NCBI RefSeq assembly: GCF_009914755.1
Contig: NC_060929.1
Length of the DNA stretch: 64,000 bases
Source of the DNA: the human T2T-CHM13v2.0 reference genome, Homo sapiens
Reading direction: 5' to 3' (one strand)
Below the pieces are notes generated by a model. That model saw only the letters and a list, made by a program, of their open reading frames with translations, was not told where the DNA came from and made no database searches. Shown piece by piece: positions 46,827-64,000 of the stretch (position 1 is the stretch's first letter; each line of letters opens with the position of its first letter). The position numbers were made by a program, and so were the translations under genes.

Positions 46827-47148
46827 CAGTCAACCCTCTATACCCACAGATTCTGAATCTGTGGATTCGACCGACCATGGATCGAAAACATATTTTAAAA
46901 AATTGTCTGTATTGAACATGTGCAGACTTTTTTTGGGTCATTATTCTCTAAAAAATATAGCAATTCTTTGCATACAATTTACATTGTATTAGGTATTACA
47001 AGTAATCTAGAGATGATTTAAAGTATATGGGAGGATGTACATAGGTTATATGCAAATATTAAGCCATTTTATATCAGGGATATCCACACATTTTGATATC
47101 CATGAAATGTCCTGGAATCATTCCCCCATGGATACTGAGGGACAACTG
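46827..47148 (-). mobile_element. MER2 (TcMar-Tigger MITE)
   Basis: TIR-like ends cagtcaaccctc / gagggacaactg followed by TA. Internal gtaatctagagatgatttaaagtata motif. Confidence 0.8.
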
Positions 47149-48950
47149 TAACTGTACAGTGCTTGTCCTATAACAGATAACACACTAAGGGCTTTACATA
47201 TTTAACTTATGTAATTCTCACAACAGCCCTGGGAGGTATGTTGTACTATTATTATCTACACTTTAGAGAGGAGGGCTGACCACAGAAAGTTTGAAAAACT
47301 GGCCCAAAGTCACATAGTTTATATGTGGCAGAGTCAGGATTCAAACCCAGGAAGCCTGGCTTGAGTCCATACTTTATTTTATTTATTTTTTTATTTTAAA
47401 CTCTAATTTCATGGCATATTATGGCATCCCTACTCTAAATGGGAAATTAGGTAAAGGGGAAGGTGGAGTATACTGCGGAGGGCGGTGGAGCCAATAAGGC
47501 AGACAAGGCAAATAATTTATCCTGGGAACTATGGGCCATTCTGGTGGTTTTAATTAGGAAATGGTCATGATGAGGTTGCAATAGAGTCAGAGAGAGGGAG
47601 AGACACAGTGAGGAGGCTGTAAACATGGTCACGGCAGAGACCTGTGCAGCTTGGACTAGGGTGGTCGTGATAAAGAAGAGGGCCAGGTGCAGTGACTCAC
47701 ACCTGTAATCCCAGCACTTTGGGAGGCCGAGGCGGATGGATCACAAGATAAGGAGTTCAAGACCAGCCTGGCTAAGATGGTGAAACCCCATCTCTACTAA
47801 AGATACAAAAAAATTAGCCGGGCATGGTGGCAGGTGCCTGTAGTCCCAGCTACTCGGGAGGCTGAAGCAGAGAATTGCTTGAACTCGGGAGGTGGAGGTT
47901 GCAGTGAACCAAGATCGCGGCTCTGCACTCCAGCCTGGGCAACAGAGCAAGACTTCATCTCAAAAAGAAAAAAAAAAAAAAGAAAGAAAAGTGGGGTTGG
48001 GTTAGAGAAAAAAACTGGACATAGGACCTATGGGACTGGCTCATGGATGGGATGTAGGGACGAGTGGAGCATCAGGTTTTAGGACTGAACATGTGAATTG
48101 GACACACAGGAGGAAGAGAAGAAGCAGGTTGGTGAGTTCAGCCTTTGACTTGTTGGGTTGGAGCTGACTTTGGGACAGCCATCGAGGGTGTGAAGTGGGT
48201 AGTGGGAGCCACCTGGGGTTGAGGATGGAGTCTAGGCAGGGGGGCCCCTCAGCACAAAGATGGTCCTGTGGAGAGGGAGGAGCCAGGCTCTTAAGAGCAG
48301 TCTTCCTCAGAACCTCCCAGGGCGTGGTTAGAAATGTAGGTCCCATGCTTCACCTGGACCCACGGCAGCCACCTCCCTGGGTGGGCCCGGGCCTCGCCTC
48401 CTTATAGGTTCTCCGGGTGACAATGAGTTGGAAGGATTTGGGCCCAGCTCAGTGAAGAGCAACTCGGAAGACCTGAGAAGATGAGCAAGGGCTGCCAGAG
48501 ACATGGAGTCGCCCCAACTCACAGGCTGCCTCCAAATGCTATGGATCTGCCACTCCCCTAGTGAGCCAGCGAGCTCAGCTCCCTGACCTGACTGGCCTGT
48601 TGGCTTCTGGCCCTTCCCTTCCCCTCCACATTCCCACAGGTTACTCTTATCACCTCTTTCACCTGTCTGCTCATTCGGCCAGGCCCTCAGGATAAGGTCT
48701 AGTCCGTGGACCTTATCACATACAAGGTCACTCATCATCTGCTCCTGACCAGCTCTCCAGTTTTCTTGCTCATTTTTTCCTCCCTGCTTCCTCCATCCCC
48801 TTCCCCCATGCAACACTCTGCTTTTCCTGAGCCTTCCACGTGGTCTTTGCACGAGTTGTTCCTTGTGCTGGGAATGTCCATCTCCCCACCCTGATCCCAT
48901 CCATTCTTTCTGACCCTGCTCAGAAGCTGCCTCCCGTAAAATCTCCCTCA

Positions 48951-49277
<327 letters not shown>

Positions 49278-50165
49278 TTAAGCCACAGCCCACAGCATTA
49301 TACTATATCTCACCAGCAGGCACTCAGCTCCACCAGCCTCTGGACATAAGGAGGGACATGCAGGTCATCTCCAAACAAATATGGACACTTCTTGGGAGTG
49401 CAAGCTCCCGTCTCTTTCAACTCTGCATCTGCCTTACCAGGAGCACAGTGCCTGGCACAGAAAAGATGCTCACAGGGCCTCATGCAGCTGGAAGGGACCC
49501 TCTAAGGCAGAAATTAGCATGACAAAGACCCAGACCATCTTCAAGGATTTTAGACTGCTGAGCACAGGAACACAGATCACCAAGGAGAATTTGCTGGTCT
49601 ATGCTGGTTACCCTCACCAAACTGGTACAGTGACAGGACCATGTTCTAGGAAGTCACAAGCCTATCTCTGTATGTGGCCTGCAGTTTGGGCTTGTGGCCA
49701 TCACCATCAGGTCCAGTCCTATCTGACTATACCCAGTCCAAAGATGTCACATGGTCACATATGGAAGTCAGAAGCTTGGTCCCGTCTCCCAGCATCTCAC
49801 TTTGTTAAGGCCTCCGCTTCTTTCCCCCTCTGTGATATGAGTAGGCTGACAGAAAGCCCCTTTCCTCAACACAAGGAGGTTGGCTTTTGGAGGAAACAGG
49901 AGTCTGTCCCACTCTTACGCATCTGACTTGGCTTCTCTGTCCTCCTTTGCTTTGCTCTGGTGGCTTGTATATTTTTTGAGCTTTGTTCCTACAGTTAGAT
50001 AATCTTGAGCCTCTGAAGGTCCTTAGGATTCCACCAATCCACTGTTTTCCAAATTTGCCCCAGCCTTACCCCCAGACCGGCAGATTCAGGGACTCCAGGG
50101 GCCTGGCGATCTGCATCCTTAGCAAGCCTCTTAAGGGATTCACTCATCTAACCCCACCCACTCTG

Positions 50166-51038
<873 letters not shown>

Positions 51039-52059
51039 TTGTATACTTTTTGAGCTTTGTTCCTACAATTGGATACTCTAAATTTTTTTTTTTTTTTTTT
51101 TTTTGATACGGAGTCTTGCTCTGTCACCCAGGCTGGGGTGCAGTGGCACGATCTCGGCTCACTGCAACCTCCACCTCCCGGGTTCAAGCGATTTTCTCCT
51201 GCCTCAGTCTCCTGAGTAGCTGGGATTACAGACATGCGCCACCACCCCCAGCTAATTTTTGTATTTTCAGTAGAGAGGAGGTTTCACCATGTTGGCCAGG
51301 CTGGTCTTGAACTCCTGACCTCGTGATCCGCCCGCCTCAGCCTCCCAAAGTGTTGGGATTACAGGCGTGAGCCACCGCGCCCGGCCCAGTTGGATAATCT
51401 TGAGCCTCTAAAGGTCCTTAGGAATCCACCAATCCACTGTTTCCCAGACTCAGGATCTCCAGGGCCGGGTGATCTGCATCCTTACAAGCTCCTTAAGGGA
51501 TTCACTCATCCAACCCCACCCTGCTCATTTTACAGGCTGGCTCATGGGTGGCAGAAAGCCCTCCACTGGGAGCAGGCCGATCCGAGTGCCAGCCTAGGCT
51601 CTCATTAACCTGCCAAATCATCTCATCTCTCTGAGCCTCATTGTTCCCATCTGTTTAACGGGAACAACCACTGTCATCCTGCCTAATTTGCAGAGTCCTT
51701 GGGATAGCTAGAATAACAGGGGTTGGGGGGCAGGCTCAGCGGGAGAAGAGATTTGCACAAGGTCATTTACCTCTTCATCTGCTTGTTTTGTGCCAGGAGA
51801 GAGGATTCTGCTGGGAACAACTTGTTGGGAAAGATGACATTCTAGTAAACAATGAAACCAGTAAATGAACCACATAATCACGATAAAGGGGTTTTCGAGA
51901 GTCAGGGCAAAGGTGTGTGTTGGGGGAGGGAGGGTCTGCCCAGGAGGGGTCATTCTGGCAGAGCACTGGTGGTCGGGGAGCTGTCCCAGGAGGTCCTGGA
52001 GAGCTGTCACAAGCCCAGGGGTGGAAGAGCCTGGAGGCCCTCTCGAGCCCAGCCAGAGC

Positions 52060-53600
52060 GTTCCCAGGGCCCTCGGAGCCGCCGCGGGCGCGGGTCTTTG
52101 TCTCCCACATTCTCTCTGCCGCCTCTCCCGACCCCCAGCGCTGTTTCGTCTCTGACCCCGAATAACTTGTTGGTTTCCCCCCGGGCTTTGTTTCCCGGGG
52201 GTCACCGCCTCGGGGACGCCGGGCAGCCGCCCCGGCCCTCGTGGGTCCTGCATCTGACACCCCCTCCGGCCCCCGCCCCCTACCCGCTCGGAGATAGGGG
52301 TCAAAGGCAGCCCGCGTCACGTGGTCGCCGAGCAGCACCGAATCGGCCGGGAGGGCCGAGGGAGAATCCGGGTGGAAGTCGAGAAATCCAGCCCCGATAG
52401 CAGCGCTCGGTCCCGCCCCGGCCCCCGCCCCGGGGCGCTCACCGCACGCCCGCCGGCCGCCCCGGCCTCCGGAGCTCTTCTCTGGCCGGCACCCACGCGG
52501 CATCACGGGATCGAACCCCGCTCCCAGCGGCCGCGATTCGGGGAGGTAGGCGCTGGGCCGAGGAGGTAAGGGGAGACGGGCTTGGGGGCTCTCGGCGCAC
52601 GGGTACGCCCCTCTGGGCTAGGGGGCGAGGCAGCGCGCCCCAACCTTCAGTCTCCAGGGAGACCCCTCCCCGCTGCGGGACGAGGGGGAGGCTGCGAGCT
52701 GCCCCGGCGCAGCGCCGGGCCGGGACTGGGGGCTGGGCACCGGGAGGGAGCGGGAGGGGGAGGAGAGCGGGCGGGAGGAGGCGGCGGCGGCGGCGTGGAG
52801 CGGGGGTGGGAGCGGCGGGAGGCGGCCGCGAAGGGGTTAACCCTGGCCCGGGCCGGAGCCCGGAGGCGCACGCACGGCCCGGGGGACCCAGGCGTCCCGC
52901 TCCTCGCCGGGAGCGCCCCTTCCCCCGAGTGGCGCCCCAGCCGTGGCAGGTAAGAGGCCGAGAGGGCCCGGGCCTGCCAGTCCCCTGTCGCCCAGCCGGT
53001 GGGGCCCGAGCCCGGCGTGCAGGCCGCGCGGGGCCCCCAGCGGCCGCCGGCGCAAGTTTGGTGCGGGCGGGCGCCGGGCGGGCGGGTGGAGTCGGCCGGG
53101 CCCCGCGCGCGGGGGTGGGAGGACAAAGGGTAGGGGGCCGCGCGGGGCCGGGGGCAGGCTGGGGTGCGGGCGAGGGCAGCGCGGCAGCTGTAGGTCACGG
53201 ATAATGTCACTCACGAGGAATGCCCCCTCCCCCTCCCCTGCTCCCGAACAGGGGAAACTTTTGTCTAGCGAGGGAGGGGGTTAGAGGCCGGGTCCTGGCT
53301 TCGCGAAGGCTGAGGCAGCCGGACCGGTTTTCTGCGGGCTCTGAGCGGCCTGCTGTCTAACTCCCCTCCTCCCTCAGGGTCTCGGGAGCAAGAAGTTCTC
53401 CCTTTGCACGCAGCTCTTTAACGCCCTGGGACAGGGGTGAGGAGGGGGCGCCGGTGGGACGGGTGGGCTCTAGGACCGGCCGGGAATCTGGGGACTGGCC
53501 ACTTGGCTTTTTGCAGATTCGAGCAGCCCGGTGTGCCCTGCGAGGCTAAGGGAATACAGAGCCCCACCCCCTGAACGCCCATTGTTGCCCTCCCCACCCA
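52060..53600. promoter_or_regulatory. NDST1: Large CpG-island promoter, probably the upstream NDST1 / NDST1-AS1 bidirectional promoter
   Basis: Very high GC/CpG, tandem GC boxes (52413-52431), GTCACGTGG E-box (~52317), (GGC)5. Donors on + (GAG|gtaagg 52566, CAG|gtaaga 52950) and on - (GCG|gtgagc 52442). The gene name comes from recalled locus order, not from coding sequence. Confidence 0.75.
52350..52949 (+). other. NDST1: Candidate alternative non-coding first exons of NDST1, ending at 52565 and 52949
   Basis: Two consensus 5' splice donors inside the CpG island. Start coordinate is approximate. Confidence 0.55.
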
Positions 53601-56600
53601 GGAGAGCTTTCAGAATGGCCTGCGGGCAGTTTTGCCCCCAGGTCTCTTCAGAGCGACCTGGCTGTTTGTCAGTTTCCAGCGGTGTGACCTTGAGTGGGTT
53701 CCTTACCTTCCCCTAGCCTCAGTTTCTTCACCTGTAAAATGGGGAGAATGGTATTTGCTAGAATGAGGATGAGAGGAGTGTGTGGTATTTCAGTAAATGG
53801 TGTCATGCTTATATTCAACAAGTACATTTCACGTTTACTGTGTGTTAGGGCGCTGGACTAATTCATTGCTTTACATACATTCTCTCATTTAATTCTCCCG
53901 CATTACTATTAACCACATTTTACGGAGGGGCAAACTGAGGCGCAGGGTTGTAAAGGTCACACAGATAGAAAGTGGTGGAGCTTGGATTTTACCTCCCTCT
54001 CTCAGCCTGTGTCTCAGCCACAGATCTCTAGAGTGTCTTGCTGTGACAGCTCACAGTTTATTTCTCCTTTTTTTTTTTTTTTTTTTTTTACAACTTTGGC
54101 CCTGTACAGTTTCATTTTCAATTGAAATTATGGGGACATCTGTCCTCTTCCCCATTTTCCCCACCGGCAGGTAATGCTCTCTTCTGCCTGGTACTTGTTC
54201 CAAGTGAGGTCTTGTGCCCTGGCTCTTGTTAGCATGGGCAGCTGGAGCAGGAGGGAGGTCAGTTGGAGACTGGGCCTGGAACTCCGTAATGGTCCAAGTG
54301 CTGTTGCTGGCTGCTGTGTCTATGGCAGTGCGGATGGTGCAGGGAGAAGCCTGTCTCCCTGGCTCTGACTGGAGACAGCTGGTGGCTTTGTCAACAGGCC
54401 TCTCTCCCTAGCACCCAGGGACAGCCACATCTTTACTTCTCTTTCAGACCAGGTTACTTTCAGATCAGCAGGGGGCAGAGGTAGGGCAAGGGTGTTCTTG
54501 TGTAACTTGGCCATGGCAGGGGTTCTCATTGCTAACTAATAGACGGGTCTGGATGCGCAGAGTCCTTGAGGATAGTAATAGTGTCAGGATTGCAGAACCC
54601 TAATGGAGAATGCATGTGTGTACAGGTCCCTGAGCCTAGCTAGCTCAGTATTGGGCACCCTGTAGGCCCTCAGTAAATATCCCACAAGTGAATACGTGAA
54701 GTGGCTTAGATTTCTGCTGGCTTTCACACCCTGGGTTGGCCCAATCATTTGGTGGGGGTGACATCTTATGAGTACTGATCGGGCTCTGATTGAGGTCCTT
54801 GAGTAATTACTTTAAAAATGGAAAACAAATTGCAATTTAATTAACAACATCTTAAATCTAGGGCTGAGAGAGAGTGTGGTGGGTGGGGGTAGATAATGAG
54901 AGAAGTTCTTGGGGAAGGAAAGTTTGTGCATTTCAGCCTGCTCCGAGGGGTGTTCCAGCACTGTGTCTGGGTTTTGCAGGGTTTGTAGGCTTTTTGAGGG
55001 CCCTGGAAATAGGGGGCCCTCCTGGGCTGATAGTTCAGCTTGTAGGAATAAATGTGGAAATTCCGTTGCTTTGCTGGACATTGAGGGGACTCAGAAAAGC
55101 AGGGCATTGAATGGAGGAGTTGGAAGGCTGACTCGTCATATGGTCAGACTGTCCTTGTCATTGTGGTCAGAGCAAGAGGAAAGGCCTCTGGGGGAATCAA
55201 CAAGTAAAGGGAGGGCCCCAGCAAGCAAGAGAACATGGATAGTGAGCCTCCTGTCGCAAGGAGGTATGCGACGAACAGTTTTGTAATCACAAGTTGAGGA
55301 TGTGGTCAAGAATTTAAGATCATAGGCTGGGGGTTGGCGTCTGACAAACTCACAAATGGGCTCTGGTCTAGGCAGCCCAGAGCTCTCTCTGCCCTAGGCT
55401 TTGGACCTGCTTGGCTGTGCTTTGGCCGCCCTTCCATGCTTTGGGACCAAAGCCAGGCCTGCAAGTCTCTGGAGGCTGGGCCGACTTCTACTGGCCTGGA
55501 ATTTGGATTTGAGTATGGCTTGAAATATCTGGACTGTTTGGAGGACTTGGACATTCTTTACTTGAAATGGAACATTAGGGTAATTTGTGAAATGTGTATG
55601 GAAAATGTCTGTGGCTGAGGGTGACAGGGGACATGAAATGGGGTGCAGTCCTGCTGGATTCAGGAGAGGCTGTTCTGATGGAGGACAGAAGACAAGGATT
55701 CAAATGATGGCTATGGGGCAGGATCTGATCAGTTATAGATGGGTTTTGGAAGGTCAGTGGAAGGAAACGCTTTCTGCTTATTAATGTCAGCAAGGCCTCC
55801 TGGAGGAGGAAGTGTTTTCGAGGGTGCAGACTGCGGGAAATGGGACAATAGGAGACAAGATTAGGTCATGGGGAGCCTGCAGTGCCCTGCTCAGGAGTTT
55901 GGATTTTATTCTGTAGCCTATAGAGAGGACAGAGGGTTGTAAGTAGCTCATTGACTCGATGCCTGTTCCTGTGCCTTGTGTCAGGCACCATGCCAGGCTC
56001 TTTACAGACACCCCATTGAAATATCACAATACTCTGCAAAGTAGCTGCTGCTGCTGGTCCCCTATCCCTGCCCCATTTTCAGATGAGGAAATAGAGGCTC
56101 AGAGGGGTGGAGTCACTTATAGAGCTGGAATTTGAACCCAGGCCTGAACTATTTCTGCCTTACTGTGTTGCTTCTCAGGGGTCTTTTGACCAAAGATGGG
56201 AGCAAGACTGGCAGAGTTAAGACCAGGCCAGAGATTGCGCTCATCATGGTCCTGCAGAAAGCTGACCACAGGCTGACTCAGGCAGCGGACTGACAGGGAA
56301 GGAGGGGGAAGCTGCAGGACTTTGTAGCTGTCTTGGCATTTGGGGTCGTCACAGGTGGTTTTAAGGTTTGGGGAATAACCCTTAAGGGGCAATATTACTG
56401 CTTTCAAATCCCTGAAAGGCCCTCTACAGGTAGGGGGCATAGTCTTGTCCTTCAGGGTTCCTGAGGATGGAGAAAGCAACAAGGGTGACAGCTCCAAGGA
56501 AGCTAGTCCGGAAGTAAGCTGCCCAGAAAGAAGGCGAGAACAGCATGGCTGAAGGTATGCAAAGAGCCTGGAGAGCTGCAGAGGCGGCAGGAGGATGCAT

Positions 56601-59538
56601 CAGCAGGGGCAGGCCTGGGTGGCCACTCTCAGTTCCCTTTTCACCCAAGAATCTCAGCATTTGGATGGTGCCTGGCCCACCTCCACCCTCTGTTTTCTCA
56701 TAGCTTTGGAGCTGCCCTTCCTGCACGTCCTGGGGAGTTCCATATGGCCTGGCCTGCAGAGCTCCACTGGGAGAGTCCTTGCCGTTTGGAATACACTCAG
56801 CCCAGCTGACTGTCAAGGGGCCCCTTGGGGATGTCTGGAGCAGTGGCCAGAGCTGGGCTAAGGACTGTACTTTCACAGAGGATTTGAACCCTCTGCTTCC
56901 ATTTCTCATCTGTGAAATGGGGTCAGTCTCTTTTTCCTCACCTGTGAAGAAATAAGGCTAAATCATGAATCAGGCTGAATCAGTAGGGCTTAGGGCAAAA
57001 GGGCTGGTGAGTTTGTGGATTTGAAAGTGAAGACGCAGGCGGGGGTTGTTCCCCTCCTTCCCTGCAGTGGAGGTTAAAGGAGGCTCTCTTGGTTTCTGGG
57101 GGTCACCAGCAAAGTTGCTTTCTCTGTCTGTGGGGCTCTTACAAAGCTCTGCCTCACAGCTTCTGTCTTGGAGGTGTGGAGCTCAGTGGAAGAGGTGGAT
57201 GTTTGGGGGCAGCGGTCCTGGACCCTGCGGCCTCAGGGCTAAAGCCAATTTGCCATCAAAATCCTTATCTAGATGGAGGAGAGTTTGTGCTAAGTTGCCT
57301 CCTGGCCCTTTTATTTCTACTCACCTTGTTTCTTGAATACAGATTGGATTAATCTAATTTTAAAATGTGCATGACGAATGAGCATTTGTTTATTTGAGGG
57401 CAATGTATGGGAAGTGCCTGCTGTGTGACTGCAGGGCCCCCTCTCCCACTCCCCCTCAACTCTCAAGCAGAACTGGCCTCTTTCCCTCTCTCTGGCTGTG
57501 CTCCTGGCCCCTCCTACCTCTACAAATCTGCTCATGGTGAAAATGCTGCACTCCAGTCACTTCCCCTTGCTCACCCTAAAATCCTCCCTACCAGTACACA
57601 GCTCCAGGGTCACCTCTTCCATGTAGCCATCCCTAATTCTCCAGAGCTGGCATTGCCTGCTCCCTCCTTTACATGTGTAGAACCTGTTACCTGGACCTCT
57701 CATGGGCCCTTCAGCTCTTAGCTTTGAACTCTAGCTTCCTAAAGACAAGTCTTATCTCCTCTAGGCTCTGTACTCTGGAGGCAGGGGCTGCACATGACCG
57801 CTTTCCAATGGGGGTGGGCAGTGTTGTAGAGTGGAATCAAAAGTCCTGGGTTCAAATCACCATTCTGCTACTACTAGCTGCATGATCTAGGGTAAATTAC
57901 CTAAATTTCCCTGGACATCAGTTTCCTCAACTTCACAATGGGGATAATAATAGTTCTGTTTTGTTAGGGAGGTTAAGGAAATCAGTGCTTTGACATAGTA
58001 AGTGTGCAGTAAGTAGAAGCTGTTCAAAGATAACAGTTGTTATAATTATTGTTTGTAGCTAGAGGGGATCTGTCCTTTTAGAGATGAGAGAAAGAATCCC
58101 TGGAATTTGAGTTTCTGAACTTTCTGCCTAATGGCCTGAGATGGCATGTGCAGATGAGGAAACTGAGGCCTGGAGAGATAGAGCAATTTGCATGGTATGT
58201 GGGAACATCTGGTTTCATCTAGGAAGCTGGACAGGATTTCTTTTCTTTGTTATGCCTCTGTTTTTCTTCTTCCTTCCTGTCATCAAGCCTAAGGTGCTCA
58301 AGTTCCATGGGCTCAATCTCCTCCCTGGTGACCATGTTGAAGGATGTCTAAAGATTACACCAGATAAATTGGGCTGGCTGAGAAGGTCCCGCTGGGCTGG
58401 CGGCCCTGTGGCTGTCCTCGTAACCAGGGACCCGTACCCCAGACTGCATGGGCTGGAGCTTTTGGAGGCCTCCCACCCAGTCTCACTTTGCCTGGGAAGG
58501 GGGAGAGGATGGCGGCAGAGACAGGTGACATGGGCTTGGTCTTGGGGCAGGTGACTAGAAGATCCAGACAGAGCAAAGGTTGAGAGCCAGGCTCTGGAGC
58601 CAGGTGGCCTGTGTTCAGGTCCCTGCTGGGCTGCTTCCTATGTGTGAGACCTTGGGCAAGCTGTTTAGCTCTTCCTCTGTACAAAGGGGATGATAATTAT
58701 CCCCATCTGACAGGATTTAGAAAGATAACACACTGTGAGCCCAATCTATGTGAATTATCGTTATTATTGTAGTTGATATTATTAACTAAGGAGTTCATTT
58801 AATCCTCACAACAGCAATGAGAGATAGGCACTATTATTATTCCCTTTTAGCAGATGTAGCAAGCAAGGCTTAGAGAGGTAGGTGGCCAGCCTGGAGAAGT
58901 TTAGTCCCAGGGGATTACAGTCAGGGCCCGCTGCTTTCTGAGGGGTTGCTCTGGCCAGAGGAGGTAGACTTGTGTGAGGTGCTGGAGGGCAAATCCAATG
59001 GGTAGATGGGCCAGGAGAGGCTGACTTCAACTCAGTGTAATGAGGAGACTTAAAAAAAAAATTAGAGCAAGCCAAGATGGAAGGGATTGTGTCTGCAGGG
59101 AGCGAGCTCCCTGTTTCTGGAGGTGGAAGCAGAATCCTGGAGCTCATGTGATGAAGAAGTGGTGGGGATGGCCTCGTTCAGACCTGAGGTCTGGCTCCAC
59201 GAGGGAGGGCTTGGATTTTTATCATCCTAGGCTGTCCAAGGGATCGGCCTGTCTGGGCAGGTCCCAGGGTGGCATTAGGTGGAGGTTTGCTATAGTCATC
59301 GCTGCACGGCAGCCACCTCTGGTTTACACCACCAGCCTTGCAAGTATGACCTGCCCAGGCAGAGGCCAGATGAGGAGAAATGAGTGTTGTCATAGCAGGG
59401 CCTTTACTCATGCTGCATCCTCTGCCTGCATTCATTCCCTCCCCCTCTCCTTATGCCCGGGCAACTCCTGCTAATGCTTCTGTGAGTGTAAGCACCATCT
59501 ATTCATGGAAGCTCTTCCTGATCCACCTGCAGGCTAAG

Positions 59539-60047
<509 letters not shown>

Positions 60048-60439
60048 GGATAGATCATTAAAAAAAAAAACTGATGCCTGTTTCCTTGGGCTCTCTTGTT
60101 TTCAGCCTATTCAGTCACCCAGCAGATGTGGGGGACCCAGAGTAAAGCCCAGGTTCTCACCACCCTGTTTTCAAGGAGCCCCCATCTTGTAACAGCTCCC
60201 TATCCCCCAGGAAACAATCTCGTGACACAATGATGGGATACAACAGAACCCCAACATGATTATAGGAGCCAGTGCTGGGGCAACATGAGGAAGGCAGGAT
60301 TGGGGAGCTGGAAGAGCAGGGGAGATTTTGTGGGTTGCAAGCCTGGGTGCCAGAGACATGGCAGCTCTCTTCTGGGGCTGGGGCCAGGGCAGGGGTTGGG
60401 CAGAGAGCATGGGCTCTGCCTTAAAGAATAGTGTGCTTA

Positions 60440-62226
<1,787 letters not shown>

Positions 62227-63503
62227 TTAATAATTTTAATGATGATGATCATAATTGCTGCTCACATTTATTGACAGCTTATAAATGCTTGCTGGGCACT
62301 TCCATGTCACCTCATCAGAAGCAATCCCCAGGACAATCCTATAGGTAGGCAGTATCATCACTATTACTGTCCCCACTTAATAGATGAAAATACTGAGGCC
62401 ACACAGCTATAAAAGGATAGATCTAAGAATTCTGTGGAGATATATAGAGTGCTTAAAGGCATGATCTCATTGGAAGGAGAGCAGTAGGGGATTGTCATGG
62501 AGTGTTTGTATCATAGGCACAACTTACGGTGATTTTCTAAAGATGTCCCCAAATATATATTTTGTCAAATGAGTGAATTATGCTTTGGAGGAAGGTGGAT
62601 GGGATTGTGTTGGGGTGGTTAGGGCTCCAGCCTCCAAGCTGGGGCTTCCACTGCAGACATTGTTGTTCTCCTGTTTTGTGGATGGGCTGTCTGAGGCTCA
62701 GAGATTCAGTAGTGAGTTCAAGGTTCCACTGCTAGGGCAAAAGAACAAATCAGAGAGATGAAAGTGGATCTCTAACTGGGCATGGTGGCATGTGCCAGAA
62801 ATCCCAGCTACTCGGGAGGCTGAGGTAGGAGGGTTGCTTAAGCCCAGGAGTTCAAGACCAGCCTGGACAACATAGTGAGACCCTGTCTCAAACAGCAAAA
62901 AGAGTAGATCTCCTTTGGTTCTAACAAGAGGGGATGTGAGATTCAAGATCAGAGCCCACTGTCCACTCTGCTGTCTTTTCGTGCCTCGGTGTCCCCAAGC
63001 TGCTGCCCAGGAGCCCAAGGGTGGGCAGTCTTTGTCTGACACAGGAACCCCTTCACTTCACATTTAGGGGATTGAGGCCTAGTGGAGCAGGGACTCACCC
63101 ACGGCCACACAGGGGGTCAGAATTACTGTTGAGGCCAGAATCCAGAATTGTTTCAGTTCCAACCAGGAAGGGGTTTGTTTCCCAAAACCTGTCCCTACCC
63201 CACCCCTTCTTTGGCAGGCGGAGTAGCTGTCGCCCTCAGGGTGGCCCAGAGCAGTGCTGGGGGTAGAGATGAAGGTGCCTTGTGAAGACACTGCCAAGAA
63301 GGGGTGGGGCAACTTCCAAGAGGAAGAGCACCAAGAAGCCCAAACCCCAGACGGAAACCAAATGTATTTTCTGGGCCCTGAGAGGATATTTGGAACAATG
63401 GAGGTGGGATGAGGGAAGTTAAAAAGGGCTTCTTGATATCCTTAGAAAAAAAAAATACAGGCTTTAAGTTTGACTTTTGTTTCTCTGAAGGATGTTTGTG
63501 TAA

Positions 63504-63948
<445 letters not shown>

Positions 63949-64000
63949 TGAAATGGAGGCTGAGAGGTGGGGGGCCTGCTTGAGGTCACACAGTGAGGCA

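Noticed and set aside
49381-49926. 181-aa ORF with a true ATG in good Kozak context
   Set aside because: Starts in an old repeat-like segment; no recognisable family, promoter or poly(A) context. Would need Ribo-seq or conservation evidence.
51708-53284. Many overlapping 100-243 aa ORFs on both strands
   Set aside because: CpG-island artefact; low-complexity translations with no similarity to a sulfotransferase.

Overview
Primate (apparently human) genomic DNA, very Alu-dense (about 70 Alu copies or fragments counted by eye). The only protein-coding gene I can support is RPS14 (40S ribosomal protein uS11) on the minus strand. It is complete: a non-coding TOP/TCT exon 1 at ~16237-16271, four coding exons giving 456 nt (151 aa + stop), and AATAAA at 10787-10792. 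A second large CpG island (~52060-53600) has splice donors on both strands. From recalled locus order (5q33: RPS14, then NDST1) it is probably the upstream NDST1 / NDST1-AS1 bidirectional promoter, but no NDST1 coding sequence lies in the window. Other elements: a HERV-K(HML-2) LTR5-type solo LTR with a 6-bp TSD, a 33-nt truncated U2 snRNA retrocopy, two short L1PA insertions (one 5'-inverted), MER33/MER5A/MER2/MER58/MLT1A/L2 relics, microsatellites and two near-consensus CTCF motifs. Almost all ORFs in the track are Alu, microsatellite or GC-island artefacts. I see no convincing new gene system. The best leads are regulatory or structural: a hidden AG|GT site in RPS14 intron 2 (poison 5' splice site or recursive site), a ~200-bp duplication that looks like a giant TSD, repeated reuse of retrotransposon target sites, and a CTCF/G4 element. 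All repeat family calls come from recalled consensus sequences, not from a search.
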